The notes under the pieces: generated by a model
Told to the model about the DNA's origin: nothing
The model's input: the letters and a program-made list of their open reading frames with translations, nothing else
The model's database searches: none
DNA from: Octopus vulgaris
Lineage: Eukaryota
Reading direction: 5' to 3'
NCBI GenBank assembly: GCA_951406725.2
Contig: OX597815.1
Span: forward strand, 117,180,001-117,244,000
Length of the DNA stretch: 64,000 nucleotides
Shown: in pieces, positions 26,601 to 41,600 of the stretch
Numbering within the stretch: the stretch's first letter is position 1
Layout: every line of letters starts with the position of its first letter
Translations under genes and position numbers: made by a program

Positions 26601-29600
26601 CCTTAATTCAGAAGCTAAAACAAGAAAAGCAGCAAAACAATCATCAGATTACTGAACTGGAGAAGAAAATTGAAAGAATGAAAGCAAGTTCACAGGTATC
26701 TACAAGTCAACTTTTTTTAATACAGAGTTAAGTATGTTCTTATATCAAAATGCAGTAGTTACAGTGCAAAGAAAAACATAAAAAAAAAAAATGAAGACAT
26801 GGTAACCCCCCCGCCACCAAAAACAAACAGAATGCATTAGGTTTACACTCAGAAAAAACTTGAAGGAAAAGTTTTATATGTTTTTGTGAACAGTCTTATG
26901 CTCCTCTAAAGAAAGAATAGATGAGGAGAGAAAAATGGAAAGAGAAAGGAACAAATGTGTTTCAATTTAACAATCACTGTATGCTGAAAGATTTGACTAT
27001 GATAATGATGGTGGTGACAGAGGCAGCGACAACTCTGCCATCCATCATCATCATCATCATCATTGTTGTCATCATCAGTTTTATGTCTGTCTTGTCCATG
27101 TTGGCATATGCTAGATGAAATCTACTGCCCTGAGAGAATAAAATACAAAGTTGACCTTGGTAGGATTTGAACTTAGATTACTGAGAACTGGAACAAATAC
27201 TGCAAGGCAGGCCATGCTATCCAATGTTCTAACAAACTTGCCTGCCACATAGAGAGGTTCTCAGATTAAAGAGTGGAGCTGGTGGGTGAAGCTGGTGTGT
27301 TATTTAGATATTTGAAAAGGTGTCAAAGTATTAAATAAACATATGAAAGAGGGAAAAATTCCATGAAGTGGAAGTCCATTAGAATGAAAGACTGTATATG
27401 GTGTTTGCTTGATGGGTGGGCTGTTAGGAAAAAAGAACATAGGTGTCCAGAAGCACAGTGGTAGGTGCAACATATGGGCCAAGTATAGATGAAAGATGTA
27501 AGATATAGAGTCCTTTAATGTAGTAAATGAAGAGACAGGTAGGGGGATAATAAAAGAATTGGAATTTTCTTTTGAAGGAGGGTTTATTGAATGAAATGAA
27601 TTAGGAAATGCATAATGTAAACAATACAAATGTTTGAAATTATTATTTAATCAAATTTTTATTGTAATAGAAGTTGCAAGAAAGTGAAGGCCAAGAATTA
27701 AGTGAAATGCGTAGAAAAGTTTTGTTCCTAGAAGAAGAATCAAAGGCCCGTCAACAACAAGCTGAGAAACCTTATGAACAAATGAAAACAGAGAAACCAA
27801 AGGTGATAAATCTTATGATGTAATATTTAAATTTGTATTTCGTACATCTGTCATGTTGATGTAATTTACTTTTGTTCTACATTTCTTTATGTAGAATGTT
27901 GAAATTATAAAATGGGAAGAAAAGAAAAAATGGGAAAAAACTGTGGAAAAAATGAAAGTTAAAATTAAAGATTATGAATCAGAAAATGAAAGATTACAGA
28001 AGGAAGTAAAACGACTTAAGATTGCATTGGACAGGTATTTATTTATTATTATTAATGATTTTATCGTTTATTGAAATTCAGATGCTGAGTTTTGCTAATT
28101 ATTGAAGGATTATTCTTTCCTTCTTGTTAGTGAACTTTCATTCAGTTTAACCCTTTTGATACCAGTCCATTCAAGACTGGCCTTTGTTCTATGATATGTC
28201 ATGTTGAAAGTGATCTAAATTAAAACCTTCCATCAAAATTTAGTGTTAATTTATGTTCCAAACATCAGCTTAACCCTTTAGCATTCAGAGTAGCCTGTCA
28301 AATGTAATGCATATTTATTCACATTGTTCTGAATTAATCATGCATTATCTTGTAGCTTTGAGATTTCAATGATGTGATTATTTTTAGAACGTCATTGTGG
28401 GGTAGGTGTGAGGGGCCACATTTGACCAGTTTGAACATAAAATAGGTAGGACATTTAGGCTAAATATGGCTTGTTTAAATGCTAAAGGCTTGATAATGAC
28501 AAAGCTATTTTACTAAATTCTTCATTATTTTCATAATTGAAACAAAGAGTGTATTTCAACAGAAATTTGGTAACAAAAGGGTTAATGCATCAAAATTCCA
28601 TATTATTTCAGATTATTTGTTTAAATTTAATTGTACAATCTGTTCTGATTATCTGCTAATAAAATCTGTTAATAATGCTTTCTTTTTTTAACCAGATATC
28701 TTTACTCTGATTTAACACATCTAAATTTATTTTATCATTTTCCTCTCTTATTACAGATCAAACAGAGAAAAAGAAATCCATGAAAATAAAACGAAAAGTG
28801 TTCCTAGAGCCAAGCCTTTCTCTGCTTCAAGTTCTGCTGTTGATGATCTGAAGCATATTTATGAACTGGAAGAACTAAAAGAATTAAATTATAAACAATC
28901 AGAAGAAGTTAGTTTTTGCTTTTAATGTTTTACCTGAAGAATTCTCCATATTTTGAACAGTCAAAAGTACCATTTAATAGATTTAGTGATTCTTAGAGAA
29001 ATATCTTACAGACACAGTTGATTACAGCTGATTTTATAAGATTTAAAGGAAAGGGTGTTAAAATATGAAATTATGAAAATTAAAAAAAAGAATCTTTTAT
29101 AAAAATCTTATTTGTTGTTTCTGGTGTTTACAGATTTCAAAACTGAATCGAAAATTATCAAAACATGAAGATCAAATGGTTAAAGAAGTTGCTGAAGAAA
29201 ATAAACATCTTTTGAAACAAGTTGAAGAATTAAAAAAGGCACTTGATTCTAAATTCGTGGAAGGAAAGGTTTGTTTCAAAGAAAAAAGTTTATACTTTGA
29301 TAAAGATCTTCCAAAAAAAAAAAAAATGTAATCTTTAGGAACTGATTACTTCAATAATAAGTCACCAAGAAAGTAAGCATTTCATCATCATCATCATTTA
29401 GCAATTAAATATTGTAGAGTAGCTGATATATGCTAGTTTCAAATAATTATCAGTATCTTAACCTTTATTTGTTAACCCTTATCCCAGTCTTGGAATTTTG
29501 TCTGCAGTTGTATCCTTTACATAATAAACCTTGGTTTAATTATGCAAAGGAAACAATTGCAGACATGACTGCTTTTCACATTTTAAATTTCACTTAGAGG

Positions 29601-32600
29601 AGAACACTTAAAGTTAAGGATGCTCAAATGACTAGAATATATATAGTTCTGAAGCTAGGATTTATAATTTATGAATTTGAATTGTAATGTACCTCAAGTA
29701 TCCACAGAACTGCATACATACTTTGAAAGAAATTGCTTACATCACTACTGAGTATTAATTTGTCTAACCAATTGAAAAATGACCATGTGCTTGTAAAAAA
29801 ACATTTTAAAAATGTAGAAAACATTGAAATCTTTTTAAAGAGGATTGAATAATATTTATGTAAAATTTAAATAAAATTTATTGCATATTTTCTCTGTTAT
29901 CAACCATCCCCTTTATTATGTTAAGTATATTTATGTAACACACTGTAGAAAATGTGAATTAATCTTACATGAGAAAGTTTTTTTGCATTTGATCTGAAAT
30001 AATTGTAGGATTATGAGCTGAAGGTCTTACAACTGAAGACTTTTCATTAACTTAGGTGCAGTTAAAATATTGTATGCTAACTCTCAATAAAACTGTTTAG
30101 AAAACATTCTGTGTCTAACAATTAAAATCACAGCTCATCATTTGTTAGATTTGCATGTTCTCTCTAGGAGTTATTGTCACAAAATTCTTTTACAACTAAA
30201 TTAGAAATATTTTCTTAATCAAAATCAAATCAAGATTGAAATCAAAATGGAAATTGTAGTCATGGCCGATGCCAGTGCCACCTGACTGGCACCCATGCTG
30301 GTGGCACATAATAAGCATCATTCAAGTGTGGGTCGATGCCAGTGTCACCTGACTGGCTCCCCATGCTGGTGACACATAAAAAGCACCATCTGAACATGGT
30401 CGATGCCAGTGCTGCCTGACTGGCTCCCATGCTTGTGGCATGTAAAAAGCATACACTACACTTTCAGAGTGGTTGGTGCTAGGAAGGGTATCCAGCTGTA
30501 GAAACCTTGCCAGATCAGATTGGAGCTTGGTGCAGTCCGCTGGCTTGCCAGTCCCCAGTCAAACCATCCAATCCTTGCCAGCATGGGGTCAATACAATCA
30601 ACTTATCCCCTCTTCTGAAATTGCTGGCCTTGTGTCAAAATTTGAAACCAATATTTCTTCTCTTTCAAATTTGATATTATTTTATTCATCCTTATTTAAA
30701 CATGTTTTGTTTTTTCAGGACAACATAAACTGTAAGGAATATCAGACATTGTTTGAGAAAAACCATGATCTACAGAAACAACTGTTGCAGTTATCAAAAG
30801 AAAACATTGAAATTCATTTTGAAATGGAAGAAGCCAAAAAAGATGTACCTCGTTTAAAGGTAAATTTTAACTATTATCTACTTTAACAATTAAATCAATG
30901 TGTCTTTTAATGTTCTCAGCTGACAATTTATTTTTAATGAAAACATAAAATGGGGAAGCAGAGGTTTGGACTTAGAGAATTCTAGTTAGATGATTTGTGG
31001 AGACACATGGCCTAGTGGTTAGAGCAGCGGACTCGCGGTCGAGGGATCGTGGGTTCGAATCTCTGACCGGGCAATGTGTGTGTTTATGAGCGAAACACCT
31101 ATACTCCACGCGGCTCTGGCAGACGGTAATGGAGAAACTTCTGCTGATTCTTTCGCCACAACTTTCTCTCACTCTTTCCTCCTGCATCTTGCAGCTCACC
31201 TGCGATGGACCGGCGTCCCGTCCAGGTGGGGAACCTATATGCCAAGAAACCGGGAAACCGGCCCTTATGAGCCAGGCATGGCTTGAGAAGGAACAAACAA
31301 CAACAAGTTAGATGATTTAACAATACTTCTTTTTTTATTTGCTAGAATGTTGCTTTCTTTTATAGGCATAAGTCTTCAGATTTATTAGATGGGGAACATA
31401 ATAAGATTACTGTTGATAACTTTTGCAGGACATCAGTAATAGGTCTTTCTATGTTAAGGTGCTTACCTCTTCAAATAATTTTGATAATATTTTAGCCTTA
31501 GATATTTCCTTTCTGTTTTGACAGAAATATGTGTGTGTGAGAGAGTGTGTATAACAAATATTAAGAAGGCAATATAGTAATGGGCAGAGAAACAAAGATG
31601 GTAGAAAATTGGGTAAAGATACACAAATAATATAGTGAGAGCTGAATTAATTATAGGAATTAGGAAGATTGTATTAATGTTATTATGTTCTATTAAGATA
31701 ATGTTCATTTTTGATATTTAAAAACATTAATGGTTATATATGGATGCAGTGTAATGGATGTGAGTTTGAACAGACAGCTTTTGCAGTTAGCTAAGGATGC
31801 TAGTAGTGCTAATAGAGGTTAAAACAGACTATATAGTTGTATCTTTTATGAAATTTGTGGAGAGACTCATAGGCTTGGAGACAGGGTGTGCAGGAAGTGT
31901 AAGCATATTTTAAATTTTTTTGGTGGTGGTCATGGGTCCTAAAGTTTTTTTGGGGCCAGTGAAAATACTTTGAACATCCTGAGTTGGACCTAGTTGTGCA
32001 ACTACTAAACAAATTTTGTTCCTGCACTTATGGAGAGACTATATTTGAACTCAATTTTTAGAGATAAAAATTTTCACATGATTCATTGTCGATTCTTATA
32101 TAATTTCCTTTACTTCCATACTTTAATAAAGGCTCGTGTTGATGATTTGCAAACATATATTGAAGCATTAAGAGCAGAAAACAAGCGTTTAAGTGGGGAC
32201 AAATCAGAGGTTACAAAGGTAAGATATAATTTCTTTAAATTTATTTCTGAAATTATTACAAACTATGTGAAAAGCACCATTTGAGCGTGATCGTTGCCAG
32301 CGTTGCTTTACCAGCACATGTGCTGGTGGAACAGGAAAAACAACATTCGAAGGTGATCATTGCCAGCGCCTTTTGAGTGTGGTTGTTGCCAGAACCGCCT
32401 AACTGTCCCCTCGTACCAGTGGCATGTAAAAGCACCTACTACACTTTCGGAGTGGTTGGCATTAGGAAGGGCATCCAGCCGTAGAAACTTTGCCAGATCA
32501 GACTGAGCCTGGTGCAGCCTCTGGCTCACCAGTCCTCAGTCAAACCATCCAACCCATGCCAGCATGGAAAGCGGATGTAAAATGATGATGATGATGATAT

Positions 32601-35600
32601 GTTAGAATTTTGCTGTTAATCAATTATTAATTGCTTGTCTTTAATAAACATTAGACTTGTCAAGATAAAGAAAGTTATGGAGATAACGTCACCTAATTAC
32701 TTGCAGAATTCAGTTTTATTAGCATTGTACCTTAACAAAGATAGTGTAAAGTGAATTGAGTTGGTTTTTGTTATAGAGGAGCTACATGGTCGATCACATT
32801 GAGGAGAGAGAATGAGAAAGAATTATTGGTATGTCTAAAGAGATAGATAATGGTGCCACTTGCACACCTCAGGTAGGCAGTGTATTAGTGGCTTGAGGTT
32901 TGCAAGAGTGTGTGGCAGAAGAGATAGGGGAAGTGGGAGAAAGCGAAGTAGATAGGCAGTATCTGGAAAGGTTGGGAAGGGTGGAGGGGAGGAGTGCAAG
33001 AGTTGGGGAGGTTAGAAGGATGCGAGTGGTAGGGTAGTAATGATGATAATGCTGACTGGGGGAAGGAGAGAGATGATGTACTTGGGTAGGTGCAGGAGCA
33101 GAGTAAAGAAACAAACAGGTGAAGTGCATGTAGAGCAATAACTTGGTGATCCAATGCATATTTGTCTGTGTGTGTGTGAATGTTTACAGAGCTATGGTGA
33201 GTTACAATTACAAATGGTGACATTTCTTGATATTTCCTGTCAACAAATCATCAGCTAGTTCTGCACTTTTGAATTCCTCTGGGTTAAAAGAATTCCCCTT
33301 CTTACTTGAAAACAGGTAAGGATTGGTGACAGAGAAAGTATCTGCTATAAAAATCCTGCTTCAGTCCCCCCCCACACACACCTATGCCATGCCAGCATGG
33401 AAAAACAGATGTTAGACAAATGAACAGTTAGGTTGTTGGCTGGTGAGAGATTGAAAGTGTTAAGGGGTTTACTTATCAAATAGATCTTTTATCTTTAATC
33501 CTTTACTTGTTTCAGTCATAAGACTGTGACCATGCTGGGGCACTGCCTTCCACACAATGGGACTGAACCTCGAACCATGTGGTTTGGAAGTAAACTTCTT
33601 CCCACACAGCTACACCTATGCCTGATGGAAAGTGTTTTTGCATACATCTTACAATGTGTGTTTGTGTGTATTTTGGAGATACTCTTTCCAAAGTATATGA
33701 CTAGTGCTCTCATGTAGGGTACCATAATGCCTTACTATAGAATGCATTCTATGTGAATTCTGTTTTGTTGTTCTTGGGTAATGGTGACTATCCAAAGTTG
33801 GCTTTTAAGATAACACACATGGTAAGATGTTCTACTAACAGACCTGTCTAAAACCATGTCAATATAGAAAAGCAAATAAGCTAAAATATTTTGTTTTCGT
33901 ATTAGGTTTACAAGATTCTTGATATGAACTCATGTGTTGAAACAGATTTTGTTGTATCTCAGGAGGGTCATTATGCCCATAATGAGCATATACATTGGTT
34001 CTATTTTCACTTATTTAATATTTGTTAATTGGTTAACTACTTAAAAATTAACTAATTGATTGTTTGGTTATGTTTGTGAAAGTTTTTTTGTTGCCATTTG
34101 CAACTTTTTCAATGATTTGCCCTCTGTACTCCAGGTCAGAATAACTGAAAGAGTAATCAAACGATTTATTAATTGGTTAAATAGTTAACCAATTGATGAA
34201 TAAAGAAGAAGTGAAATAAAACCAGTGCATGCGTTTATTATTGGCATACATCAAAAGCCTAAACATATATCTACATTTATAATAATTATTATAAGCCTAA
34301 TGTGAGTAAAAATAACAAATAATTTGATTTAATTATATTCTTTCATGGGTTACAGGTTGGTGAAAGTGGTAAAAGTCCAAAGGAGCTGGAGAAAATAATT
34401 GCATTGCTTAAAAAAGTAGTTGACCGTGTGCAGTCAGAGAATGAACAATTGAAGAAGACAACTGGAACAGCTTCTCTGAAACAAGAAAATCTTGATTTGG
34501 TTGTGAGTTTCTCTCTACTTTTACTGTTTAACATTTGAACTGGCCATGTCTGGCTCAAATAGTCTTCCTGTTTTATGCTCAAACTGGTCAGATCCAGCCT
34601 CTCTCGCCTTCCCTACAATGTCATTCTAAAAATATGCAAGTACATCATTGAAACTTTGAAGCTATGAGATAATGCAGGATTAATTCAAAATGATGTGAAT
34701 AAATAAGCATTACATTTGACAGAGTAATCTGAATGTTAAAGGGTTAATGTTGGGCAATGACCATGAGTGTATATGAAACCTTGCTACTGCTATTCCTAAT
34801 GTTATCTGGTCAAAGCATACTGTTTGTTTCAATTTGCTTGAAAAATAGACACAGATAGATGGCCCTGCTCGGCCTGTAGGAAAGGCATAAGCAGAAACTC
34901 CATAAGATGTACCCTGTGTGAGCTATGAACACATAAGAGGTACAGCAATATCAAAAGAAGGTTAACAGGGAAGATAGTTTTTGTGTGTGGCAGATGCGCA
35001 GAGGCACTAAACACCAAAGATGTACAGAAAACATATTCCATCACATGCTGGGGAAAAAAAACTAGAAGTGGATTATAGCTTCTGTTACCTAGGTGACCAA
35101 GTCTGTAGCAGGGGTGGATGCTATGATTAATTCAAAACAATGTGAATTAATATGAATTACATTTGACAGAGTAATCTGAATGCCAAAGAGTTAATGCTAT
35201 CATTGTTTCTTTTGCAAATGTAATTGAAAAATCTTAACTGTTTAGTTACAATAATTGTTTCAATAGATTCCGTATAATCACAAATTACAAATATGTAGGT
35301 GCAAGCATGGCTTTATAGGTACAGGCATGACCATGTAGTTAAGAAGCTTCCTTTGCAGTTACATTGTTTTGGGTTCAATCCCACTGCACGTATCCTCTAT
35401 TGTACTCTTGGGCCAACCAATGTCTTCTCAGTGAATTTGGTTGGTGGAAATTTTGTGGAAGTCAGTTATATGTGTATAATGAGTGGTGTGTGTCGTGAGT
35501 CTGTGTGTGTGACTTTGTGTTTGTCTCCACCACTGTTACACAACTAGTGTTGATTTGTTTATAGCTCACTAACTTAGAGGTTCGACAAAAGAGACCAATA

Positions 35601-38600
35601 GAATAAGTACCAAACTTTGAAAATAAGTACCGGGGCTGATCTGTTCAATTAAACTCTTTTAGGTGGTGTTGCAGCATGGCTGCAATCCAATGAACGAAAC
35701 AAGTAAAAAATAAAAGGAAGGTATAGATGGTCTGTATAATTATAGATATATTTTCATAGTGGTGCTCCAGCAGGACCACAGCAACATGGCAGAGATGTAT
35801 ATAAATCAATAAAAGAATATAATTATAAAAGCAGATAGTTTTTTTGCTTAAAAAAAAATTAATATTTTGAAAATTTAATTTTAAATATTTTAAGTTTCTT
35901 TTTTTTATGTTTTATGTTTTTTGTGTTTTCTTTTTTCATCAGCAAAAAGTTAGAGATCTTGAAAAGAAATTGGGACAGTCCTCTACAGATAAACATCTTA
36001 CAAAAGAGAAAGGAATGACAAAATTAATGGCTGATTATGAGAAACTTAGAAAAGATTTATTAAAAGTGAGTGACTCCCAAATATTGCTCCTTCTATTTTG
36101 GATACCAGTAGAAACACAGCCCGGAGGGCAGTGTTTCTGCTTGTATATATTGAGCTGAGAAATTGTTATATAAATAGCACAATATATATGTTGTTTGATT
36201 GTCTTGCAATTAGTATGTTAAATGAAGTCAATATCTTACTTAACTATATACACGAAGTTGACATAGATACAGAAAATAAACAAGGCTTTTGTTATTCAAA
36301 GGGTTAGGGTTCATACTTTTGTGTGCAAGTGAATAAAACTTTAAACAAAAATTTCCTTTGCAATCTTGATATGATAAATATAGTGTTAAAGCTTTTGCAA
36401 ATGTTCTCAAAGTATCTCTTAGAAAAACTTGTACTAACTTATCTTCAATGAAAACAATAGAGGCAGCTGAAAAAGAGAGAGAGAAATAGAGAGAGGAAGA
36501 GAGGGGGAGGAGGGAGAGAGAGCATTGCAAAGAAATAATCTGGGGTTGAGAGTGAAAGGAAAAGTTATAAGGCTACAGGAAACAAATAAGAGATGGAAAG
36601 AGAGAAGGACATAAGAAGTTAAAAAATGTTATGATGAGAGGCAGTAAACAAAAAAAAGATGAAAAGAGAAAGAATGGAGTAACACATTAAAAAAAAAACA
36701 CTATTTTGCAGTGTGATATTTAAAAAAGTGCTCCTATGGTGATTAAAATCAATCATTTATTTGAAATCTTCAAAATAGAAACATCTTGAAAACCACATTT
36801 TAATAAAAAGTATATTAATATTGTAATTTTTAAGAATTTTCTTAACAATGTAGACTTTACTAATTACCGTATTTGACAGCATATTAGACGCACCCTCATT
36901 TCAGCAGGTCAAATTCAGGAAAAAAAGTTTTAAGTGTATTTAAGCATATATTGTTGAAAGCAGTCTAGCAGCACATTACAAAAGCAGAAAACATTGCTGT
37001 ATAAAAGCAAGCATACAAAAGGAAAGCATACAAATTGCAATAGTAATCATCTTTAATTATCTTTTTAACCAGAAAACTGATATTAGATAACGTGTGTCAT
37101 GGATTGCAGCCTAACAATTTACGGTAGATTGCTTTGATTTTTACGATAATTCGTATTTTAAAGTAATAATACTGGTAATAATAATAATAATAATACTAGC
37201 GATAAAATAATGATGCATGAGTATGGAAAATATTATTAAGGTGTTAGCGTAGGTAGAAATACTTATCATAAGCTAGGTTAGTGAGCGTCTGGGAGAAGAT
37301 TAGCCTACGGGAGGGTCTTGACTTCGCATATTAGACGCAGGGCGATTTTTTGAGCCAAATTTTTTGGAAAAAAGTGCGTCCTATATGCCGTCAAATACGG
37401 TACTTACTTTTACTAAAAGTTACATACTCAGAACTAATTAATAAGCAGCTTTCTTCTCTATAGCATTGATAATTGCTCAAAATTTAGTTGTTAGAGTTGG
37501 AGAATAATTATAATCTCAATGCAAAGAAAAGTTACTGAACAATGGTACATAATATTTTCATGATTACACATGAAGAATGATGGGATAAAAGTAATAGTAA
37601 TGGGATAATAGTAATAGTAGTAATAGTACACTATCATTTTAGAATTTTCATAAGTATTTTACGTAAGTATTTCAACTAATTCCCTTCCAGTAGAATTGGA
37701 AACTATTTTACAGCATAGTAGACTAATATATTTTGGGATTTTTTAAAAATCTTTTGGCCAGGTGGGAAGAGAGCACTCATAGCCAATATAAGACTTTTGA
37801 GACTGGTGGAAGGGAAGGAGGAAAATATCCTCAAACCAGAAACTTGGTTCAAATGCTAAGGATATCCAAAATGCAGGGTGGTGATGTTAAACTAGGCAAC
37901 AGGTTATAAAGTCTACCAACCAAGTAGGCAATGGCAAAATTTGAACTCAGAATGTAAAGCGCTAGAAAAAAAATACTACGTCATCCAGATCAATGTTCTT
38001 ACAATTCCATCTTGGACATGGGTACATCTATTTCTAGTTTCAAAATTTGTTTCAAATATATTTTACTAGTGTAATTTTTATTATGGTTTCATTATATGGT
38101 TTCAACTGTCTTGCAGGAGACTGATCTCAAAATGAAACTTCAAAACCAAGTTGAGAACCTACAAGAGGAACAACGAATTTTGAAACACACAGTAGAGGGA
38201 GGTGGCATAAAGTTTGTTAAAGGTAACAACACATTGCAATCTTCTGAATCCAAAATTGATACAATAAAGAAACTGGAAGAAGATCTTGAAAATAAGGTAA
38301 TGATTTCTATTTTTATTTTTATTCAAATGGTTTTTTTTTTCTTTTGAGAGTCTGTAGTAGCTTAAAAACTATTAAGTATAACAGTGGTTTTGTATTAGAT
38401 TGTAATGTGAAATATTACTATCCATTGTAAATATAATGCTGAAAAGGAAATTTTTTGTCGAGTTTTGTAATTTGCTCATTTCATAAGCACTGGAATAGAA
38501 ACAAAAACCAAATCACCATAAACTGCGAATTTCTATCTCACTGATAGAATGTATGAGAGTGGATGACAACATCAACCGTGATCCATTAGCATTGGAATCA

Positions 38601-41600
38601 ATTGTGTGTCTGTTTATTTTAATCACAATGTATATAAAGAAAAATATTGATGAGTCCACATAAAACTCATACATACCATGTGACTGGTGGTTTTTAATTA
38701 TTTAAACTAATACACAGCATTTATTATCTATTCATTAGGAGTTTAATACACAACATTTTTCTTGAATTATTTGTTTTTATTTTGTCTGTTATACTTCTAA
38801 ACAATTTTATTCCTTATTTGATATCTCTAGATAGCTCTTATTAAGTAAATTTCTTTTATGGGGAAAGTCAGTAAAGCCTTTAACAGACTTTCATGCTTTT
38901 CTCTTCAAATGTAATTCAACTTTTGTATACATACATATATTTATTGGTTTTGAATTTTAGCACATTTGGGGGAAGGGGTAAGTTGATTATATTGACCCCC
39001 AGAGCTCAACTGGTACTGTTACATCGACCCTGAAAGGATAAAAGGCAAAGTTGACCTTGGCACAATTTGAACTCAGAACATAAAGATGGACAAAATGCTG
39101 CTAAGCTCTTTCCCCAGTGTGTTAACGGTTCTGCCAGCTTGCTGCCTTATAATTACTCTAAAATATTACTGGTAATTGTTTGATACAATCCAGAGATAAT
39201 CAAAGTTTTTTTTTCTATGGTTTGAAGTAGGAATTATACTCTACTGAGCAGCACAGCTTAAAAATCAGCATTCTAAATTAAACTTTCACCCATCTTTCAA
39301 ATCTCGACTAATGAGTTTCTGTTGTTTTTTTCTCAAATGTAATCCTTCAGTTCTATCTGTAATTGTATGTTGAACTTACTTGACTTTGGGATTAATAATC
39401 TGATTCATGTGTTCTCACCACTCAGCATAGTTGGTACTTCAAGCATGATTTGCTTGCTGTAATAATCAATAAATTTATATTGAACTTTGATAATTGCTTA
39501 ATCAATGTATGATATTAAAATAAAGGATTACATTGTTTGTAATACATTTAATTTGTTGTAATATCACAAATACATCATCATCATGATCATCATCGTTTAA
39601 CATCTGCTTTCCATGCTAGCATGGGTTGGACGATTTGACTGAGGTTTGGCAAACCAGATGGCTGCACCAGACTCCAATCTGATCTGGCTGAGTTTCTACA
39701 GCTTGATGTCCTTCCTAACGTCAACCACACCGAGAGTGTAGTGGGTGCTTTTATGTGCCACCGGCACGAGGGCCATTCAGGTGGTACTGGCAATGGCCAC
39801 GTTCAGATGGTGCTTTTTATGTGTCACCTGCACAGGAGCCAGTCCAGTGGCACTGGCAACGACCTCGCTCGAATGTTTTTGTCACTTGTCACCAGCACAA
39901 GTGCTAATAAGGTGACGCAGGTAACGATCACGCTTGAATGGTGTCAACATGCCACCAGCATGGAGGCCAGCTTGTTGCTCTAGCAACTATGATATACCAC
40001 TTGTATGGTACTCTTAGTACTATTAGCTTTATTAGTTTTGAACTTTTTAAGCATGGGAATTACTAGGTTTGGAGCAGTCATAGCTGTGTTGTTAAGATGC
40101 TTGCTTCTCAGTGATGTGATCTCTGGTTCAGTCTCACTGTGCAGCTCCTTAGTCAAGTGTCTTCTACTATAGCCTTTGGCTAACCAAAGCCTTGTGAGGG
40201 GATCTGGTAGACAGAAACTGAAAGAAGCCCATCGTACATGTGTGTATGTAACCTTGCCTTAACATCATGTGATGGGCGTAAACAAGCATCACCATCATCA
40301 TACAAGTGAGAATGTTAATTTTCAGTCACCCATTAAAAATATATCTAACTGTGGGGTAATATTAATTGGTATGGGTTGGTGACAGAAGGGCAGATGGCCA
40401 TAGAAAAATGTACCTCAACAAATTCCGTTTGACCTGTGTAAGCATGAAAAGTGGAGATTACATAATGATGATAATGATGATTAGATTTATTCAATATATT
40501 TTTATTTATGATACATTTATGATAAGTTTTTATTTATTTTGTAGCGTAAAACAATGGCAGATATGAAAATTCTTTTACGAGAATCTGCTGAGAGAGAACA
40601 AGATTTGCTTCAAGAAAAACAAGAATTATTAAGAAAGGTAACACTAATTATTGGTCCTTATATTATCATTGTTTCTCTCTGTGAATGTTGCTCTGAAAGT
40701 TTCGGGAATTTCCTGGTTTTCTTGACCATCTTTATAATTTCAGTTGGCCTCCAGTTGTTAATATTCCACATATAGATCCTACATGTTATTGTTGGTGTAG
40801 CTATTTAATTGCTAGTGGAGGCGCAATGGCCCAGTGGTTAGGGCAGCGGACTCGCGGTCATAGGATCGCGGTTTCGATTCCCCGACCGGGCGTTGTGAGT
40901 GTTTATTGAGCGAAAACACCTAAAGCTCCACGAGGCTCCGGCAGGGGATGGTGGTGATCCCTGCTGTACTCTTTCACCACAACTTTCTCTCACTCTTACT
41001 TCCTGTTTCTGTTGTACCTGTATTTCAAAGGGCTGGCCTTGTCACTCTCTGTGTCACGCTGAATATCCCCGAGAACTACGTTAAGGGTACACGTGTCTGT
41101 GGAGTGCTCAGCCACTTACACGTCAATTTCATGAGCAGGCTGTTCTGTTGATTCGGATCAACCGGAACCCTTGTCGTCGTAACCGACGGAGTGCTTCCAA
41201 ATTTAATTGCTTCTATATTTTTGTATTAAGCACACTTTTTAGCACTAGGTTGCCTACTAGATGTACATTTTTAATGTAATTCCTCAGACCTCTGTGAACA
41301 TAGGAAGTATGAATTATTGATAATCATAAAACAAGGTGTTTGTTTGAATCAAGATGTCAGGTGAAGTGTATTTGAGATGGTATTGATGTATCTTTTTGCA
41401 GTGAGAGAGAAAAGAAAAACAATTCTGAAATGCCTCAATATTTTGTGAGAGCCTAAGAAAGCCAGTGGATCAAATAGTCGAGATAGTTAGCCAAAAGGTT
41501 TATTACAAGCATTGTTAGAATATAAAGAGAGAAGAAGGCATTGGTTTATCAGAGTTAAATGTGGAAATGTTTAAAGCATCATGGTATGTTGGTACTGTAC

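Noticed and set aside
30473-30886. ORF-track proteins that extend CEP290 exons (also 1472, 26333, 32030, 35907)
   Set aside because: Read-through of intron or repeat sequence into real exons; splice sites define shorter exons.
30997-31075. Functional tRNA gene (also at 40815)
   Set aside because: The tRNA-like head continues into a SINE body and tail bounded by TSDs; no proper acceptor stem or oligo-T terminator.
38646-38670. ttgatgagtcc as a hammerhead core
   Set aside because: No complementary stem II strand or downstream GAAA.
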